Counted from the first letter of the stretch, positions 10,169 through 20,341 are shown. The stretch: DNA of 64,000 nt from Candidatus Competibacteraceae bacterium (GCA_014879445.1 JACSSC010000032.1:75164-139163); one strand, 5' to 3'. Numbers and translations: made by a program. Notes: a model not told the origin generated them from the letters alone.

Positions 10169-10539
10169 GGCCTTAGCATTAAAATTTCGAATGTAGTATA
10201 AAGCACATAACAAAAGAAAAATACGATGACAAAAAGTGTGGAAGTTTCTTTCATTCCAATCATCATCACTGCCAAAAAAATAAGATATGCCATCATCTTA
10301 ACTGTCATGCCTAATAAAAACAATTGCAGAAATCCTTTGCCATTGCCTGAGAGTGATTTTTTTAAAAATATGTGTGAAATGGAAGTGATAACATAGAAAA
10401 CAGGAACAATAAACATGGCGCTAAGTGGCAAACTCTTTTGAAAAAAAAAGAATAGAAAAAGTAATACCAATGTAAAAATACTGAGATAGAGAAAATAGAA
10501 TCGAAGCAGAGGCGTTTGTGGCGATGGAGTATTTGACAT
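10147..10539 (-). CDS. Hypothetical multi-pass membrane protein in the atp operon, in the slot usually held by AtpI-like proteins
   Basis: 130 aa, four hydrophobic helices. Located immediately upstream of atpB and downstream of the AtpZ-like ORF. Confidence 0.5.
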   Translation of the reverse strand: MSNTPSPQTPLLRFYFLYLSIFTLVLLFLFFFFQKSLPLSAMFIVPVFYVITSISHIFLKKSLSGNGKGFLQLFLLGMTVKMMAYLIFLAVMMIGMKETSTLFVIVFFFCYVLYTTFEILMLRPLMKKNH

Positions 10540-10546
10540 TGCAGTA

Positions 10547-10852
10547 TTATTTTTTTCGAATCAAATCTTTTAGAATAAGGCCTAGCGACAAAAGTATGGA
10601 TAAAATGGCACAAACGACGGTAAAGAGAGATTTTGAGTTTTGGAAATAACGATCAAGTCGCGTTCCCACTAATATACCTAATGCAATGATAGCAAGCATT
10701 TGAAATGCCAACCCTGAATATTTCAGATAATCGTTACTTGTTGGTTTTTTGCTATTAGGCAAAGGCGGGTTCTTTTTTGTTTTCGAGCATAGATTGTAAA
10801 TCGAGATTTGCTGCCATAGTACATTTACCATTAAACTCTGAACCGGGTTCAA
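10547..10852 (-). CDS. AtpZ/AtpI-family small membrane protein (putative F0F1-ATPase subunit, Pfam ATPase_gene1-like). The true start is probably internal.
   Basis: Two C-terminal TM helices (LAFQMLAIIALGILVG... and LFTVVCAILSILLSLGLIL). Conserved position between bactofilin and atpB in Bacteroidota. The annotated N-terminus overlaps the bactofilin gene by about 100 nt, so the real start is likely downstream or non-ATG. Confidence 0.5.
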   Translation of the reverse strand: MNPVQSLMVNVLWQQISIYNLCSKTKKNPPLPNSKKPTSNDYLKYSGLAFQMLAIIALGILVGTRLDRYFQNSKSLFTVVCAILSILLSLGLILKDLIRKK

Positions 10853-11234
10853 TAGATAATGTTCCTGTTTGAATATCCCCTTTCAGTCGGGCAGTAGCTT
10901 TAAGAGATGTTTTTTCGGCAACAAAAAGATTACCTGTTACTTGTCCAATTATATCCAAATTGGCGCATACCACATCTCCTTCTATTACAGCCGTGTTTCC
11001 AATTACGACTTTGCCCGAACATTCGATTTTCCCTCTCATGTTGCCATCAATTCGGATATTGCCATTACAGGTTATATTACCATGAATAACCGTACCTGTA
11101 TTGATTTGGTTGGGAGAAGCGGGTTCTTGTTGAATTTGATTTTTTGCCATTTGCACACCCTTTACATTTTGTAATCTCTTGTTATTTAGAATGGCTAAGT
11201 TACGATTTTTGTTTACACCATTAAATAATTTCAA
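10755..11234 (-). CDS. Bactofilin-family polymer-forming cytoskeletal protein (DUF583/CcmA)
   Basis: Beta-helical repeats VIHGNITCNGNIRIDGNMRGKIECSGKVVIGNTAVIEGDVVCANLDIIGQVTGNLFV...LKGDIQTGTLSIEPGSEFNGKC. Confidence 0.8.
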   Translation of the reverse strand: MKLFNGVNKNRNLAILNNKRLQNVKGVQMAKNQIQQEPASPNQINTGTVIHGNITCNGNIRIDGNMRGKIECSGKVVIGNTAVIEGDVVCANLDIIGQVTGNLFVAEKTSLKATARLKGDIQTGTLSIEPGSEFNGKCTMAANLDLQSMLENKKEPAFA

Positions 11235-12006
11235 ACGAATCGCGGTCGTTAAAAAATGGAAATGACTGCCTAAATTCTTTTAAATGAGATAGATCGAGTG
11301 TAGCATACAATACAGATGTTGAAAATGGAGGTGCCGATTTCAATATTTTGCCCGTTGGTAAAAGTATAGTAGAGTCGCCACTATGGAGCACTCCATTTCC
11401 ATCATGGCCGATACGATTAGCGGCAGCTATAAATGATTGGTTTTCGATGGCACGTGCTGTCAAAAGCGAGCGCCAAGCAAAGCTTCTGCGTTCGGGCCAG
11501 TTGGCTGTATAAAGTGCTAAATCATAATCATAATCGGGGGTGCGACAATTCCATACCGGAAAACGCAAATCATAACAAACAAAGAGTGCAATTTTCCAGC
11601 CATGAAGTTCAGCCATTATTCTTTGATTGCCAGGCGAAAAATATTGATTTTCATTTGCTAAACTAAAAAGATGTTTCTTATTGTAAGCCCATGATTTACC
11701 ATTAGAATCGACAAATAAAAATTGGTTAAAAAACTGATTATGCTCATGTATCATATAGCTGCCGGCTATCGAAAATTTACGTTTCTTTGCTTGATGACGC
11801 ATCCATGCCTGCGGGTTATACTTTTCTGTATGGCATAACGCTGTATTCATGGTAAAACCGGTGGTAAACATTTCAGGTAGAAGCACCAAATCCACTTCGT
11901 CAATTTCATCTAATTTTGATTCAATATAAGACAGATTCTCATCAACAGATTCCCATTTTAGAGAAACTTGCAAAACGGCAATATGTAACTGCTGTGAAGC
12001 GCTCAT
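11221..12006 (-). CDS. Carbon-nitrogen hydrolase family protein, omega-amidase (YafV/NIT2-like)
   Basis: Nitrilase-superfamily Glu (LLPEMFTTGF), Lys and Cys (ALFVCYDLRFP) triad context. 261 aa. Confidence 0.8.
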   Translation of the reverse strand: MSASQQLHIAVLQVSLKWESVDENLSYIESKLDEIDEVDLVLLPEMFTTGFTMNTALCHTEKYNPQAWMRHQAKKRKFSIAGSYMIHEHNQFFNQFLFVDSNGKSWAYNKKHLFSLANENQYFSPGNQRIMAELHGWKIALFVCYDLRFPVWNCRTPDYDYDLALYTANWPERRSFAWRSLLTARAIENQSFIAAANRIGHDGNGVLHSGDSTILLPTGKILKSAPPFSTSVLYATLDLSHLKEFRQSFPFFNDRDSFEII

Positions 12007-13157
12007 AGTTTCATTAGTTTTTCAGCCGCCTTCTCAAGTGTATCATTTTCTTTAGCAAAACAGAAGCGGAGTGCTTTGGGGTCGTATGAGTTATTGTAAA
12101 AAACCGATAGCGGAATAGGGGCTACGCCGGCTTCAATCGTCATGCGTTTGGCATAATCCAAATCTTTTTCATCCGTAATTTTATCGTATCCCAAAACCTG
12201 AAAATAACTTCCGAGCGATGGATAAATTTCAAAACGAGAACCGGCAAGTAGTTTCTGAAAAAAATCTCTTTTCTCTTGATAGAATCTGCCCAACTCTATG
12301 TACAGGTCCTTTCTTTTTAGCCATTCGGCATAAGCAAATTGAACAGGAGTATTAACAGAAAAAACATTATACTGATGAACCTTTCTAAACTCGGCCATTA
12401 AATTGGAGGGGGCTAGCACATAACCAATTTTCCATCCTGTAGTATGGTATGTTTTTCCGAAAGATGAAACAATAATACTACGCGCTGCTATTTCTGGATA
12501 TCGGGCTACACTTTGATGTTCATATCCATCGAAGACGATATGTTCATATACTTCGTCACTTATAACAATGATATCTCTTCCTTTTAGTAATTTTTCAAGT
12601 TTCTGCATATCGGCAGCTGAGAGAATAGAAGCAGTAGGATTGTGAGGTGTGTTGATGATTATAGCCCTCGTATGTTGAGATATGAGTTTATTCACATCTT
12701 CCCATTTAATCTGAAAGGTTTTGTCTTCAAGTTTTACAAATTTTGGGATTCCTCCATTCAACTCAATGGCGGGCACATAGCAGTCGTAAGCAGGTTCAAT
12801 CACTATTACCTCATCGCCTTCTCTAACAAAAGCAGAGATGGCGGTAAACAAGGCCTGAGTTGCTCCGGCTGTAACCGTAATTTCTGAGTCAGGATCGTAT
12901 GTTGCACTGTAAATTTCTTCTGTTTTTAAAGCAATGGCTTCGCGTAATTCATACACGCCTTGCATCGGCGCATATTGATTTTTCCCAAAAAGCATTTGTT
13001 GAGTTACCAATTCAACTAATCGTTTGTCAACCTGAAAATCAGGAAAACCCTGTGATAAATTGATGGCCTGATGCTGTTTGGCTAATGCACTCATGACCGT
13101 GAATATGGTGGTTTTAACACGTGGCAGTTTGGATTCAATATTTCCGCTGTAAATCAT
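12003..13157 (-). CDS. PLP-dependent aminotransferase class I/II, methionine/glutamine aminotransferase (YbdL/MalY-like)
   Basis: 384 aa. NLSQGFPDF N-terminus. PLP-lysine context SFGKTYHTTGWKIGY. A 4-bp overlap with the downstream omega-amidase gene suggests translational coupling. Confidence 0.85.
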   Translation of the reverse strand: MIYSGNIESKLPRVKTTIFTVMSALAKQHQAINLSQGFPDFQVDKRLVELVTQQMLFGKNQYAPMQGVYELREAIALKTEEIYSATYDPDSEITVTAGATQALFTAISAFVREGDEVIVIEPAYDCYVPAIELNGGIPKFVKLEDKTFQIKWEDVNKLISQHTRAIIINTPHNPTASILSAADMQKLEKLLKGRDIIVISDEVYEHIVFDGYEHQSVARYPEIAARSIIVSSFGKTYHTTGWKIGYVLAPSNLMAEFRKVHQYNVFSVNTPVQFAYAEWLKRKDLYIELGRFYQEKRDFFQKLLAGSRFEIYPSLGSYFQVLGYDKITDEKDLDYAKRMTIEAGVAPIPLSVFYNNSYDPKALRFCFAKENDTLEKAAEKLMKL

Positions 13158-13172
13158 AATAATTGGATAGTG

Positions 13173-14546
13173 TTAATGAAAAAGTTGATGATAGAGTTCG
13201 TCTATTCTTCCGGTTCCTACAACTTGTATTTTGTATTTGTCGTGTTGAAGACCTTTGAGGTTAAATTTAGATATATATATTCGCTTAAATCCAAGTTTTT
13301 GCGCCTCAGCAATGCGTTGTTCGATACGGGTAACGGGTCGCAACTCGCCTGTTAGTCCAACTTCTGCAGCATAACAAATCCAGGGAGGTAGTTCAGTATT
13401 TTCGTTCGACGACAAGATAGCGCATACGACAGCCAAATCCATTGCAGGATCTTCTACTTTAATACCGCCAGTCAAATTGAGAAATACGTCTTTTATTCCT
13501 AACTGAAAGCCACATCTTTTTTCGAGAACGGCAAGCAGCATGTTGAGACGTCGGGTTTCAAATCCTGTGGCAGATCGCTGTGGCGTTCCATATGCCGCTG
13601 TACTCACTAGTGCCTGTATTTCGAGCATGATTGGGCGAATGCCTTCCATGGTAACGCATACCGCCGTTCCGCTCAATCCTTCCTCCTTGTTTGACAACAG
13701 AGCGCCGGAAGGGTTTTCAACTTCACGTAATCCCTCATTAATCATTTCGTAAATTCCAATTTCGGAAGTGGACCCAAAGCGATTTTTGGAACTACGTAGA
13801 ATTCGAAACAGGTGATTGCGGTCTCCTTCAAATTGCAAAACAACATCTACCATATGCTCCAACATCTTTGGACCTGCCAAATTGCCATCTTTCGTGATAT
13901 GGCCCACTAACCAAACCGGAATACCTGTTGTTTTGGCTAACTTCAATAGTTGACCTGCACACTCCCTGATTTGTGAAATACTGCCTGCTGATGATTCTAT
14001 CAGTTGTGTATAAAGCGTTTGAATGGAATCAACTATGAGAATATCGGGCTTATCGTGAGACACAACCTGTAGTATGTTCTCAAGCAGTATTTCGGTTACA
14101 ACAAAGCAAGATTCATTAAGAATGCCAAGTCGCTGTGCTCTAAGAGATATTTGCTGGTCACTTTCTTCGCCACTAATGTAATACACATTTTTGCCTCTCA
14201 TTCGCAAAGCCATTTGAAGCAACAATGTGCTTTTCCCAATCCCCGGTTCTCCGCCAAGTAAAATAAGCGATCCAGGCATGATGCCACCTCCCAAAACACG
14301 GTTTAATTCATTATCAAGTGTATCAATTCGTTCTTCTTCTGAAAAATTAATATCTGAAATTTTCCGGGCTATTGGTTTTCGCGCTTTGTCAGATAGAAAT
14401 GCAGTTGAAACAGAAGATGGCTTAGCTATAATTTCCTCCACATATGAATTCCATGCACCACATGAAGCACATTTGCCAACCCACTTAGCCGATTGGGCGC
14501 CGCACGACTGACAAAAAAAAGTAGTTTTTAGCTTAGAGGAAGCCAA
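13173..14546 (-). CDS. radA: DNA repair protein RadA/Sms
   Basis: N-terminal C4 zinc finger (CQSCGAQSAKWVGKCASCGAWNS). Walker A GGEPGIGKST. KNRFG motif. C-terminal Lon-like domain. Confidence 0.95.
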   Translation of the reverse strand: MASSKLKTTFFCQSCGAQSAKWVGKCASCGAWNSYVEEIIAKPSSVSTAFLSDKARKPIARKISDINFSEEERIDTLDNELNRVLGGGIMPGSLILLGGEPGIGKSTLLLQMALRMRGKNVYYISGEESDQQISLRAQRLGILNESCFVVTEILLENILQVVSHDKPDILIVDSIQTLYTQLIESSAGSISQIRECAGQLLKLAKTTGIPVWLVGHITKDGNLAGPKMLEHMVDVVLQFEGDRNHLFRILRSSKNRFGSTSEIGIYEMINEGLREVENPSGALLSNKEEGLSGTAVCVTMEGIRPIMLEIQALVSTAAYGTPQRSATGFETRRLNMLLAVLEKRCGFQLGIKDVFLNLTGGIKVEDPAMDLAVVCAILSSNENTELPPWICYAAEVGLTGELRPVTRIEQRIAEAQKLGFKRIYISKFNLKGLQHDKYKIQVVGTGRIDELYHQLFH

Positions 14547-14560
14547 TAATAAGGCAGAAA

Positions 14561-14953
14561 TTAGATATTGATAAACTCATGATACAGTACGCCATATCCT
14601 TCTTTGTGAATAGAAATAGCAAACGCACTTTCGCTCATTCTAATAATAGTCCATTTCCCATCATATGAATTAGGTATTTGCCCTGTAACTGAAGGCATAC
14701 CAAGCAATTCTAGAAAGTTATGCTCGCCTCCTGCAATGGCCTGATATGTTCCGGTATCTACAACTGATGCAGTAATGTTTTTGAAAATAACTGTACCGTT
14801 AGCATTGAAGTTGAATTCTATATCATGCATGTAGGTACTCATATTATATCGTTTCCAAGTGCCGGTTTGAAGATAATCTTCAGTTGAACCCAAACAGCCG
14901 GTGCCAAATAGAATAACGCCTGATAATAAAAAACCAAATATGTACTTTTTCAT
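14561..14953 (-). CDS. Hypothetical lipoprotein (lipocalin-like size)
   Basis: Signal peptide with lipobox LFGTGCLGS. 130 aa. No recognisable catalytic motif. Confidence 0.5.
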   Translation of the reverse strand: MKKYIFGFLLSGVILFGTGCLGSTEDYLQTGTWKRYNMSTYMHDIEFNFNANGTVIFKNITASVVDTGTYQAIAGGEHNFLELLGMPSVTGQIPNSYDGKWTIIRMSESAFAISIHKEGYGVLYHEFINI

Positions 14954-15045
14954 AATTCTAATGGATCAGTTTTATTTTTCAAAAGTAATAAAATCTTTTT
15001 TTCTTAGGATATTAAATTTCTGATCAGAATTCAAAATTTTGATAA

Positions 15046-16062
15046 TCAATTATTTGAATTTGTTTGAGATGAATAAACAGAGTGAATAATCTGACAAATC
15101 TCTAATACAGTTTCATGATTGGGGATGGTTATCCGCAAGCTATTTTTCTGACCAAAGATCAGCATATTGGCTACCAAAATTCCTTGATTTTGCAATGACA
15201 GATGTAATGCATTCTTCTTGTCCTCATCTTCAAAAGGAATATAGATGAAATTAGTTTGCGAGGGCACAGGGTTTAATCCTATTTGTTGAAGTGTATGATG
15301 TAAAAAAATTCTTTCTTCTTGATTGAGGCGAATGCTGTTTTGTATAAACGATTGATCCTGAAGCGCTGCAAGTGCAGCTGTTTCTGCATACGTATTTAAG
15401 AAAAATGGGATGCGAAATTTTTTTAATTGTTTAGCAACCGTCAAGTCGGCTATGGCATATCCAATGCGCAATCCGGCTAGTCCATATACTTTAGAGAAGG
15501 TTCTTAACACAATCAGATTGGGATACGATTTCATTAATGACAATGAGCGGGGAAAATGATCATCAGTTACATATTCCACATAGGCCTCATCTGCCACAAC
15601 CAATAGGTGTGACGGAATATTTTTAAGTAAGTTTTCCAGTTGTTCATGAGAAATAATTGTACCGGTCGGATTGTTTGGATTAGAAATGAATACAACTTTT
15701 GTTTTATTATTCAGTAAAGGAAAAATTGCATCAGGATGGCAAACAAAATTACGTTGAGTTGCCTTATGATAACTACGGCGATGCGCTTCACATATTTGCT
15801 CATAGGCAATAAAACTATTTTCAAAAATAACGACCTCCTCCTGTGGCTCTACACATGATTGTATGATGGCATCAATTAATCGAACAGACCCTGAGCCGAT
15901 AATAATTTGTTCGGGCAACACATTATGTATTGTTGCAAGCGCATTTTCCAGTTGTTGCGGATGTGTGGGATACTGCCACAAGGTTTGATTGCAATGCTGG
16001 ATTGCGTCAAGTACTTTGGGCGAGCATCCATAAAAATTTTCGTTGGCATTGAGTTTTTTCAT
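15046..16062 (-). CDS. Histidinol-phosphate / aromatic aminotransferase family (class II PLP aminotransferase)
   Basis: NANENFYGCSP N-terminal motif. PLP lysine in RTFSKVYGLAGLRIGY. 338 aa. Last gene of the catabolic cluster. Confidence 0.8.
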   Translation of the reverse strand: MKKLNANENFYGCSPKVLDAIQHCNQTLWQYPTHPQQLENALATIHNVLPEQIIIGSGSVRLIDAIIQSCVEPQEEVVIFENSFIAYEQICEAHRRSYHKATQRNFVCHPDAIFPLLNNKTKVVFISNPNNPTGTIISHEQLENLLKNIPSHLLVVADEAYVEYVTDDHFPRSLSLMKSYPNLIVLRTFSKVYGLAGLRIGYAIADLTVAKQLKKFRIPFFLNTYAETAALAALQDQSFIQNSIRLNQEERIFLHHTLQQIGLNPVPSQTNFIYIPFEDEDKKNALHLSLQNQGILVANMLIFGQKNSLRITIPNHETVLEICQIIHSVYSSQTNSNN

Positions 16063-16064
16063 AT

Positions 16065-16934
16065 CTATACCAATACACTTTTACTTATGTTGTACAATAC
16101 TTCCTTTCTATACCAAGAGGTAGCCCTCACATCACTGATGGGTGATGCATAAGTGAGCACTTTTTTTGCAAATTCATTTCGATTTTCATCTGTAAAATTT
16201 TGCATGTTCTTTCCTATGAGATTAAGAGCTGCTTTTTCGGCAAAACGAATCGTTGGTGCTGAAGCTCCAATACCAATTCCTGCATCAATTACATATCCAC
16301 TTTCTTCAACTTGTATATGATATGCCAACGAAACGACCGAACATTCCATAGCATTTCTTGTACCTACTTTTATAAATCCTGAATGGATATGTTGTGTCTG
16401 TTTGTGATTTCGTGGCAAAATAATCTTATAAAGAAATTCATTTTTCTTAAGACAAGTTGTTCTTGGTCCGGTAAAAAAATCTACAACCGGCACAACTCTT
16501 TTTTTACCATCAACATTCATTAATACACAATGAGCTTTCAATGCAACAATGGCGCAAGCCATATCACCCGATGGCGATGCTGTACAAAGATTGCCGCCAA
16601 TAGTAGCTACGTTTCGTATTTGCGTGGATGCCAAGTTGGCTGCAGCTTGTTGTAGAGTCGGAAATCTCCGAGCTATATCATCATTCATACAAATGCTTGT
16701 GGCTGTAACCATTGCGCCAATATGTACATGGTTAACAAGTGATTTAATATGTGAAAGTCCATTATCATTTATCTGAGCCAAATTTATTACTGTCAGATCT
16801 GATGTGTCGGACTTTCTTAGCTCCATGAGTAAATCGGTATAGCCAGCACCTATCCGATATGGTTTGCGTTGCAATGTTCTTATCGCATTCCGCAATTGAG
16901 AAAGATTTTGAGGAGAAACAACTGAAAAGTCCAT
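16065..16934 (-). CDS. Xanthine dehydrogenase-family FAD-binding (medium) subunit, CoxM/XdhB/HcrB-like
   Basis: FAD_binding_5-type motifs (TIGGNLCTASPSGDMACAIVAL). 289 aa. Located after the Mo-subunit gene. Confidence 0.85.
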   Translation of the reverse strand: MDFSVVSPQNLSQLRNAIRTLQRKPYRIGAGYTDLLMELRKSDTSDLTVINLAQINDNGLSHIKSLVNHVHIGAMVTATSICMNDDIARRFPTLQQAAANLASTQIRNVATIGGNLCTASPSGDMACAIVALKAHCVLMNVDGKKRVVPVVDFFTGPRTTCLKKNEFLYKIILPRNHKQTQHIHSGFIKVGTRNAMECSVVSLAYHIQVEESGYVIDAGIGIGASAPTIRFAEKAALNLIGKNMQNFTDENRNEFAKKVLTYASPISDVRATSWYRKEVLYNISKSVLV

Positions 16935-16943
16935 ATCGAGAAT

Positions 16944-19223
16944 TTATTTATTGTTCTTATTTTTTAAAGCTACCAGTACACGCTCAGGCGTTATGGGCAA
17001 TTCGAGCATTTCGATCTGTAGTGCATCACAAACCGCATTCGCAATTGCTGCAGCTGTAGGAATAAGTGGAGCTTCACCTACGCCCTTCGCGCCATAAGGT
17101 CCTTGTTTGTCGTGTGTCTCAACAGGATAAAAATGGATGTCGGGGGTATCGGCAGCCGTGAGTAATTTATAGTTATGAAAATTGGGATTCAGTAAATATC
17201 CTTCCTTAAAAATCAATTCTTCGGTAAGTGCATAACCCACGCCTTGCAAAACCCCTCCGTGAATTTGCCCATCAAGTAAAAGCGGATTCAAAACTTTGCC
17301 TACGTCCTGTGCAACATGAACCGTGAGTACTCTTACATTGCCGGTGTAAGTATCTACTTCCACCTCTATAGCTTGAGATGCGAATGCATAAGTGCCTGAC
17401 ACATTACCCTTGAACCCTTTGTCCTGAAACTGGCTAGAGGGTTCGTAAAAATATGATGCAATAGCAAGTTCGTTTGGCAAAGTGAAATGCATTTCGCGTA
17501 CTACTTTATCAAGTGCAATTTGTTTCGATTTTGTCTTTATGAATCCATCTTCATAATTAAATGAAGTGCTTTTCTCTTGTAACAGCTCTCCTGCTTTTAG
17601 ATTAAGTTTTTCTTTTAGAATTCGGATAGCACCCAAGAGGGAATTTCCTGCCACGAAACTTGTTCGTGACGCGTGTACACCTACATCCCATGGCTTGATA
17701 TCTGTATCCGTATTAATTACCTTAATTTTATCAAGCGAAATCCCCAATTCTTCAGCAGCTATCATAGCAAGTACGGTTTCAGATCCCTGTCCGATTTCAT
17801 TGGAACCGCTTATTATCGTACAATATCCATAAGGATCAATTTTTATAGTAGTTCCACAACCGTCTGAACGATAAATTTTAGCGCCACCTCCAACATGAAT
17901 CATTGAAGCATAACCCATTCCTCGACGGTATCGGTTGTTCTCTGATTTACGCTTTTTTCCTGCCTTTTTTATGACAGTTTGCAAGCAATCTTGGTGTCCG
18001 CATGTTTCAAAAAACAAACCCTGACCTGTTGTTTCGCCTGGTCTATTGGCATTTTTTATTCTAATCTGGGCCTTATCCATTCCCAGCTTATCGGCTAGTA
18101 AGTCAATGACTCTTTCAAGAGCAAATGTGGCTTGTGGATTCCCGTATCCTCTGAATGATCCGGCAAATACGTTGTTGGTATAAATAGCTGTTGCAGAAAA
18201 ACGACAGGCAGGAAGTGTGTACAATGATGAAAAGGCCTGCATGATAACAAATGGGGTAGTTGCGCCCCACGATGTATATGCTCCGTTATCTTTAATAACA
18301 TTCACATCTCTAAATGTAAAATTCCCATCTTTATCAGCACCGGCTTCAATTTCAATTGTCATTGGCTGACGGGTTGGAGAGGCAAGAAATTCTTCGTGTC
18401 GGGAATACAGAATTTGAACCGGTCTTCCTGTTTTAATGGACAAAAGTGCGCAGATTGGTTCGAATGGATACATGTCCAACTTACTGCCAAACCCACCACC
18501 TATAACGGGCTGTATGATACGTATATCAGATGGATTCATTTTCAGGGCATGAGCCATATCGCGTTGATATAGAAATGGCACCTGTGTAGAACTGTATAAG
18601 AGCAACTTCCCTGTTGTTTTATTGTAATGAGCTGTAATGTTGCTTGTGCCCAAACAGGCGTGGGTCATACGGGGCAAAGTAAAAGTTCGCTTAACTACTA
18701 CCATACTCTTTTTTCTTTGCTCTTCAATATTACCGTGTTCGTAATAAAATTTTTCTGCAATATTTTTATGCTCAAACTTGCCGCTACTAAACTTGTTGAT
18801 GAGTGGCGCACCTGACTTCAATGCATCAAGTGGTTCATAAATTCCTTTCTTGATTTTGTATTTAACCTTGATAAGCTTTAATGCCTTTTCTGCTATCTCT
18901 TTTGTTTCGGCAGCCACAGCAGCTATTTCATCACGAATACAATTTACTTCTTCTTTCTTTAAAATCGGATGGTCGCGTTTATAACTAATGTTGTTTGTAT
19001 CAACATCATCTGCCGTTATAACACAAATTACACCAGGTAATTTTTTTGCAGCAGAAACATCAATCGTAAATGTGGCATGCGGATGTTCGGTACGCAAAAT
19101 GGCACCGTATAACATCCCCGGAAGTTTAATATCGTGTCCATACACGGCCTCACCGGTAACACGAATTTTTGCATCATGTTTGGGTACTGGTGTGCCAATA
19201 ATTTTTAAATTCTTCTTTGCCAT
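16944..19223 (-). CDS. Xanthine dehydrogenase-family molybdopterin-binding (large) subunit
   Basis: 759 aa. N-terminal a/b hammerhead (IGTPVPKHDAKIRVTGEAVYGHDIKLPGMLYGAILRTEHPHA). MoCo-binding domains (GGGFGSK, AQDVGKVLNPLLLDGQIHGG). Confidence 0.9.
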   Translation of the reverse strand: MAKKNLKIIGTPVPKHDAKIRVTGEAVYGHDIKLPGMLYGAILRTEHPHATFTIDVSAAKKLPGVICVITADDVDTNNISYKRDHPILKKEEVNCIRDEIAAVAAETKEIAEKALKLIKVKYKIKKGIYEPLDALKSGAPLINKFSSGKFEHKNIAEKFYYEHGNIEEQRKKSMVVVKRTFTLPRMTHACLGTSNITAHYNKTTGKLLLYSSTQVPFLYQRDMAHALKMNPSDIRIIQPVIGGGFGSKLDMYPFEPICALLSIKTGRPVQILYSRHEEFLASPTRQPMTIEIEAGADKDGNFTFRDVNVIKDNGAYTSWGATTPFVIMQAFSSLYTLPACRFSATAIYTNNVFAGSFRGYGNPQATFALERVIDLLADKLGMDKAQIRIKNANRPGETTGQGLFFETCGHQDCLQTVIKKAGKKRKSENNRYRRGMGYASMIHVGGGAKIYRSDGCGTTIKIDPYGYCTIISGSNEIGQGSETVLAMIAAEELGISLDKIKVINTDTDIKPWDVGVHASRTSFVAGNSLLGAIRILKEKLNLKAGELLQEKSTSFNYEDGFIKTKSKQIALDKVVREMHFTLPNELAIASYFYEPSSQFQDKGFKGNVSGTYAFASQAIEVEVDTYTGNVRVLTVHVAQDVGKVLNPLLLDGQIHGGVLQGVGYALTEELIFKEGYLLNPNFHNYKLLTAADTPDIHFYPVETHDKQGPYGAKGVGEAPLIPTAAAIANAVCDALQIEMLELPITPERVLVALKNKNNK

Positions 19224-19244
19224 TCTTAAATTATTACAGCTTAA

Positions 19245-19748
19245 TTAGATTTTATTTTTGTTTAATACTTCCTCTGCGGCATCTATGATTTTTACATATC
19301 CGGTACATCGGCACAAATTACCTTCTAACCATTTCATAATATTTTTCCTGTCGGGCTGCACCCGTATATTTTCGCCGGGTACATGATGCGCATGCTCTAA
19401 ATTCCGTTGCATAGCTTTGATGTTCATCACCATACCAGAAGTGCAAAAACCACATTGCACAGCACCATGTTTAACCATAGCTTGTTGTACTTCATCCAAT
19501 TTCCCTTCAGCGGTTACTAGACCTTCGATTGTAACCAACTCCTTACCATGAATATTAATGGCCGGATACAAACATGCATTCACAGAAATACCATCGATTA
19601 AAACAGTACAAGCACCACACTCGCCTTCGTTGCAGCCCGGCTTTGTACCAGTAAGCCCCATCTCTTCTCGAAGCAACTCCAACAAACTAATTGTAGGATT
19701 TATCTTACATTTTACTTTTTCACCATTTAGGTTAAATGATACTTCCAT
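19245..19748 (-). CDS. Xanthine dehydrogenase-family [2Fe-2S] (small) subunit
   Basis: Plant-type ferredoxin Cys cluster CNEGECGACTV. Second cluster CGFCTSGM...CRCTGY. 167 aa. Confidence 0.9.
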   Translation of the reverse strand: MEVSFNLNGEKVKCKINPTISLLELLREEMGLTGTKPGCNEGECGACTVLIDGISVNACLYPAINIHGKELVTIEGLVTAEGKLDEVQQAMVKHGAVQCGFCTSGMVMNIKAMQRNLEHAHHVPGENIRVQPDRKNIMKWLEGNLCRCTGYVKIIDAAEEVLNKNKI

Positions 19749-19750
19749 AT

Positions 19751-20341
19751 TCAGACAACATTATGTGTAACAAATTTTTTTCCTTTCTCGTAAGCCAACA
19801 GTGTCTCTTCAAGATTTCGTGCCGACACATTTTGTTTCATGGCAGAAATAATTTCATTGTTTTTTAGTGGAAAAGAAGGCAGAGATGACACCAGTCCTAA
19901 TAAAAAAACATTACGTAAAATGTCTTTAATCCCGTCTGTTGAATCAACAAAAATAACTTGTTGAATATTTTGCTGCAACCACTTAAAATACTTTCTATGG
20001 TCAGGATATTTTTTTTCTCCTGCATTCACGCTATAGGGTGTGATTTTGAAATCATCAATAACAGCAATTGATTTGTTGTGTAAATAATCGGTGCATCGTT
20101 GGGCTTCAAGAATCTCTAGCCCAATTAAAAAATCGGCACCTCCTTTTTCAATAAATCCATTTGATTTTTCACCAATTGTGATGCCCGCAGTAACCGAACC
20201 GCCACGCTGTGATAATCCATGAATTTCGCTTGTGTAAACATGCATATCGGATAATAATGCCGCTTCAACAATAAGGTTCGTGAGAAAAACAACACCTTGT
20301 CCACCAACACCGGCAATTTGTATTTTGGTTACATTATCCAT
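19751..20341 (-). CDS. iorB: Indolepyruvate/2-oxoacid:ferredoxin oxidoreductase beta (gamma-domain) subunit, IorB-like
   Basis: POR gamma-domain motif IQIAGVGGQGVVFLTNLI...SEIHGLSQRGGSV. The ORF track starts at 20392, 59 bp inside the upstream gene. An MDNVTK start near 20341 leaves an 8-bp overlap. Confidence 0.75.
   Translation of the reverse strand: MDNVTKIQIAGVGGQGVVFLTNLIVEAALLSDMHVYTSEIHGLSQRGGSVTAGITIGEKSNGFIEKGGADFLIGLEILEAQRCTDYLHNKSIAVIDDFKITPYSVNAGEKKYPDHRKYFKWLQQNIQQVIFVDSTDGIKDILRNVFLLGLVSSLPSFPLKNNEIISAMKQNVSARNLEETLLAYEKGKKFVTHNVV

Noticed and set aside
10755-10852. 98-bp overlap between the AtpZ-like ORF and the bactofilin gene
   Set aside because: It is more likely an over-extended N-terminus of the AtpZ-like ORF (the true start is downstream or non-ATG) than a real overlap. 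The AtpZ-like call is kept with a caveat.
15018-15060. 12-bp palindrome TTCTGATCAGAA and an 8-bp inverted repeat AATTCAAA/TTTGAATT spanning the stop of the hisC-like gene
   Set aside because: Short AT-rich palindromes of this size are common by chance in an AT-rich genome. There is no U-tract for a terminator and no second half-site pattern pointing to a specific regulator.
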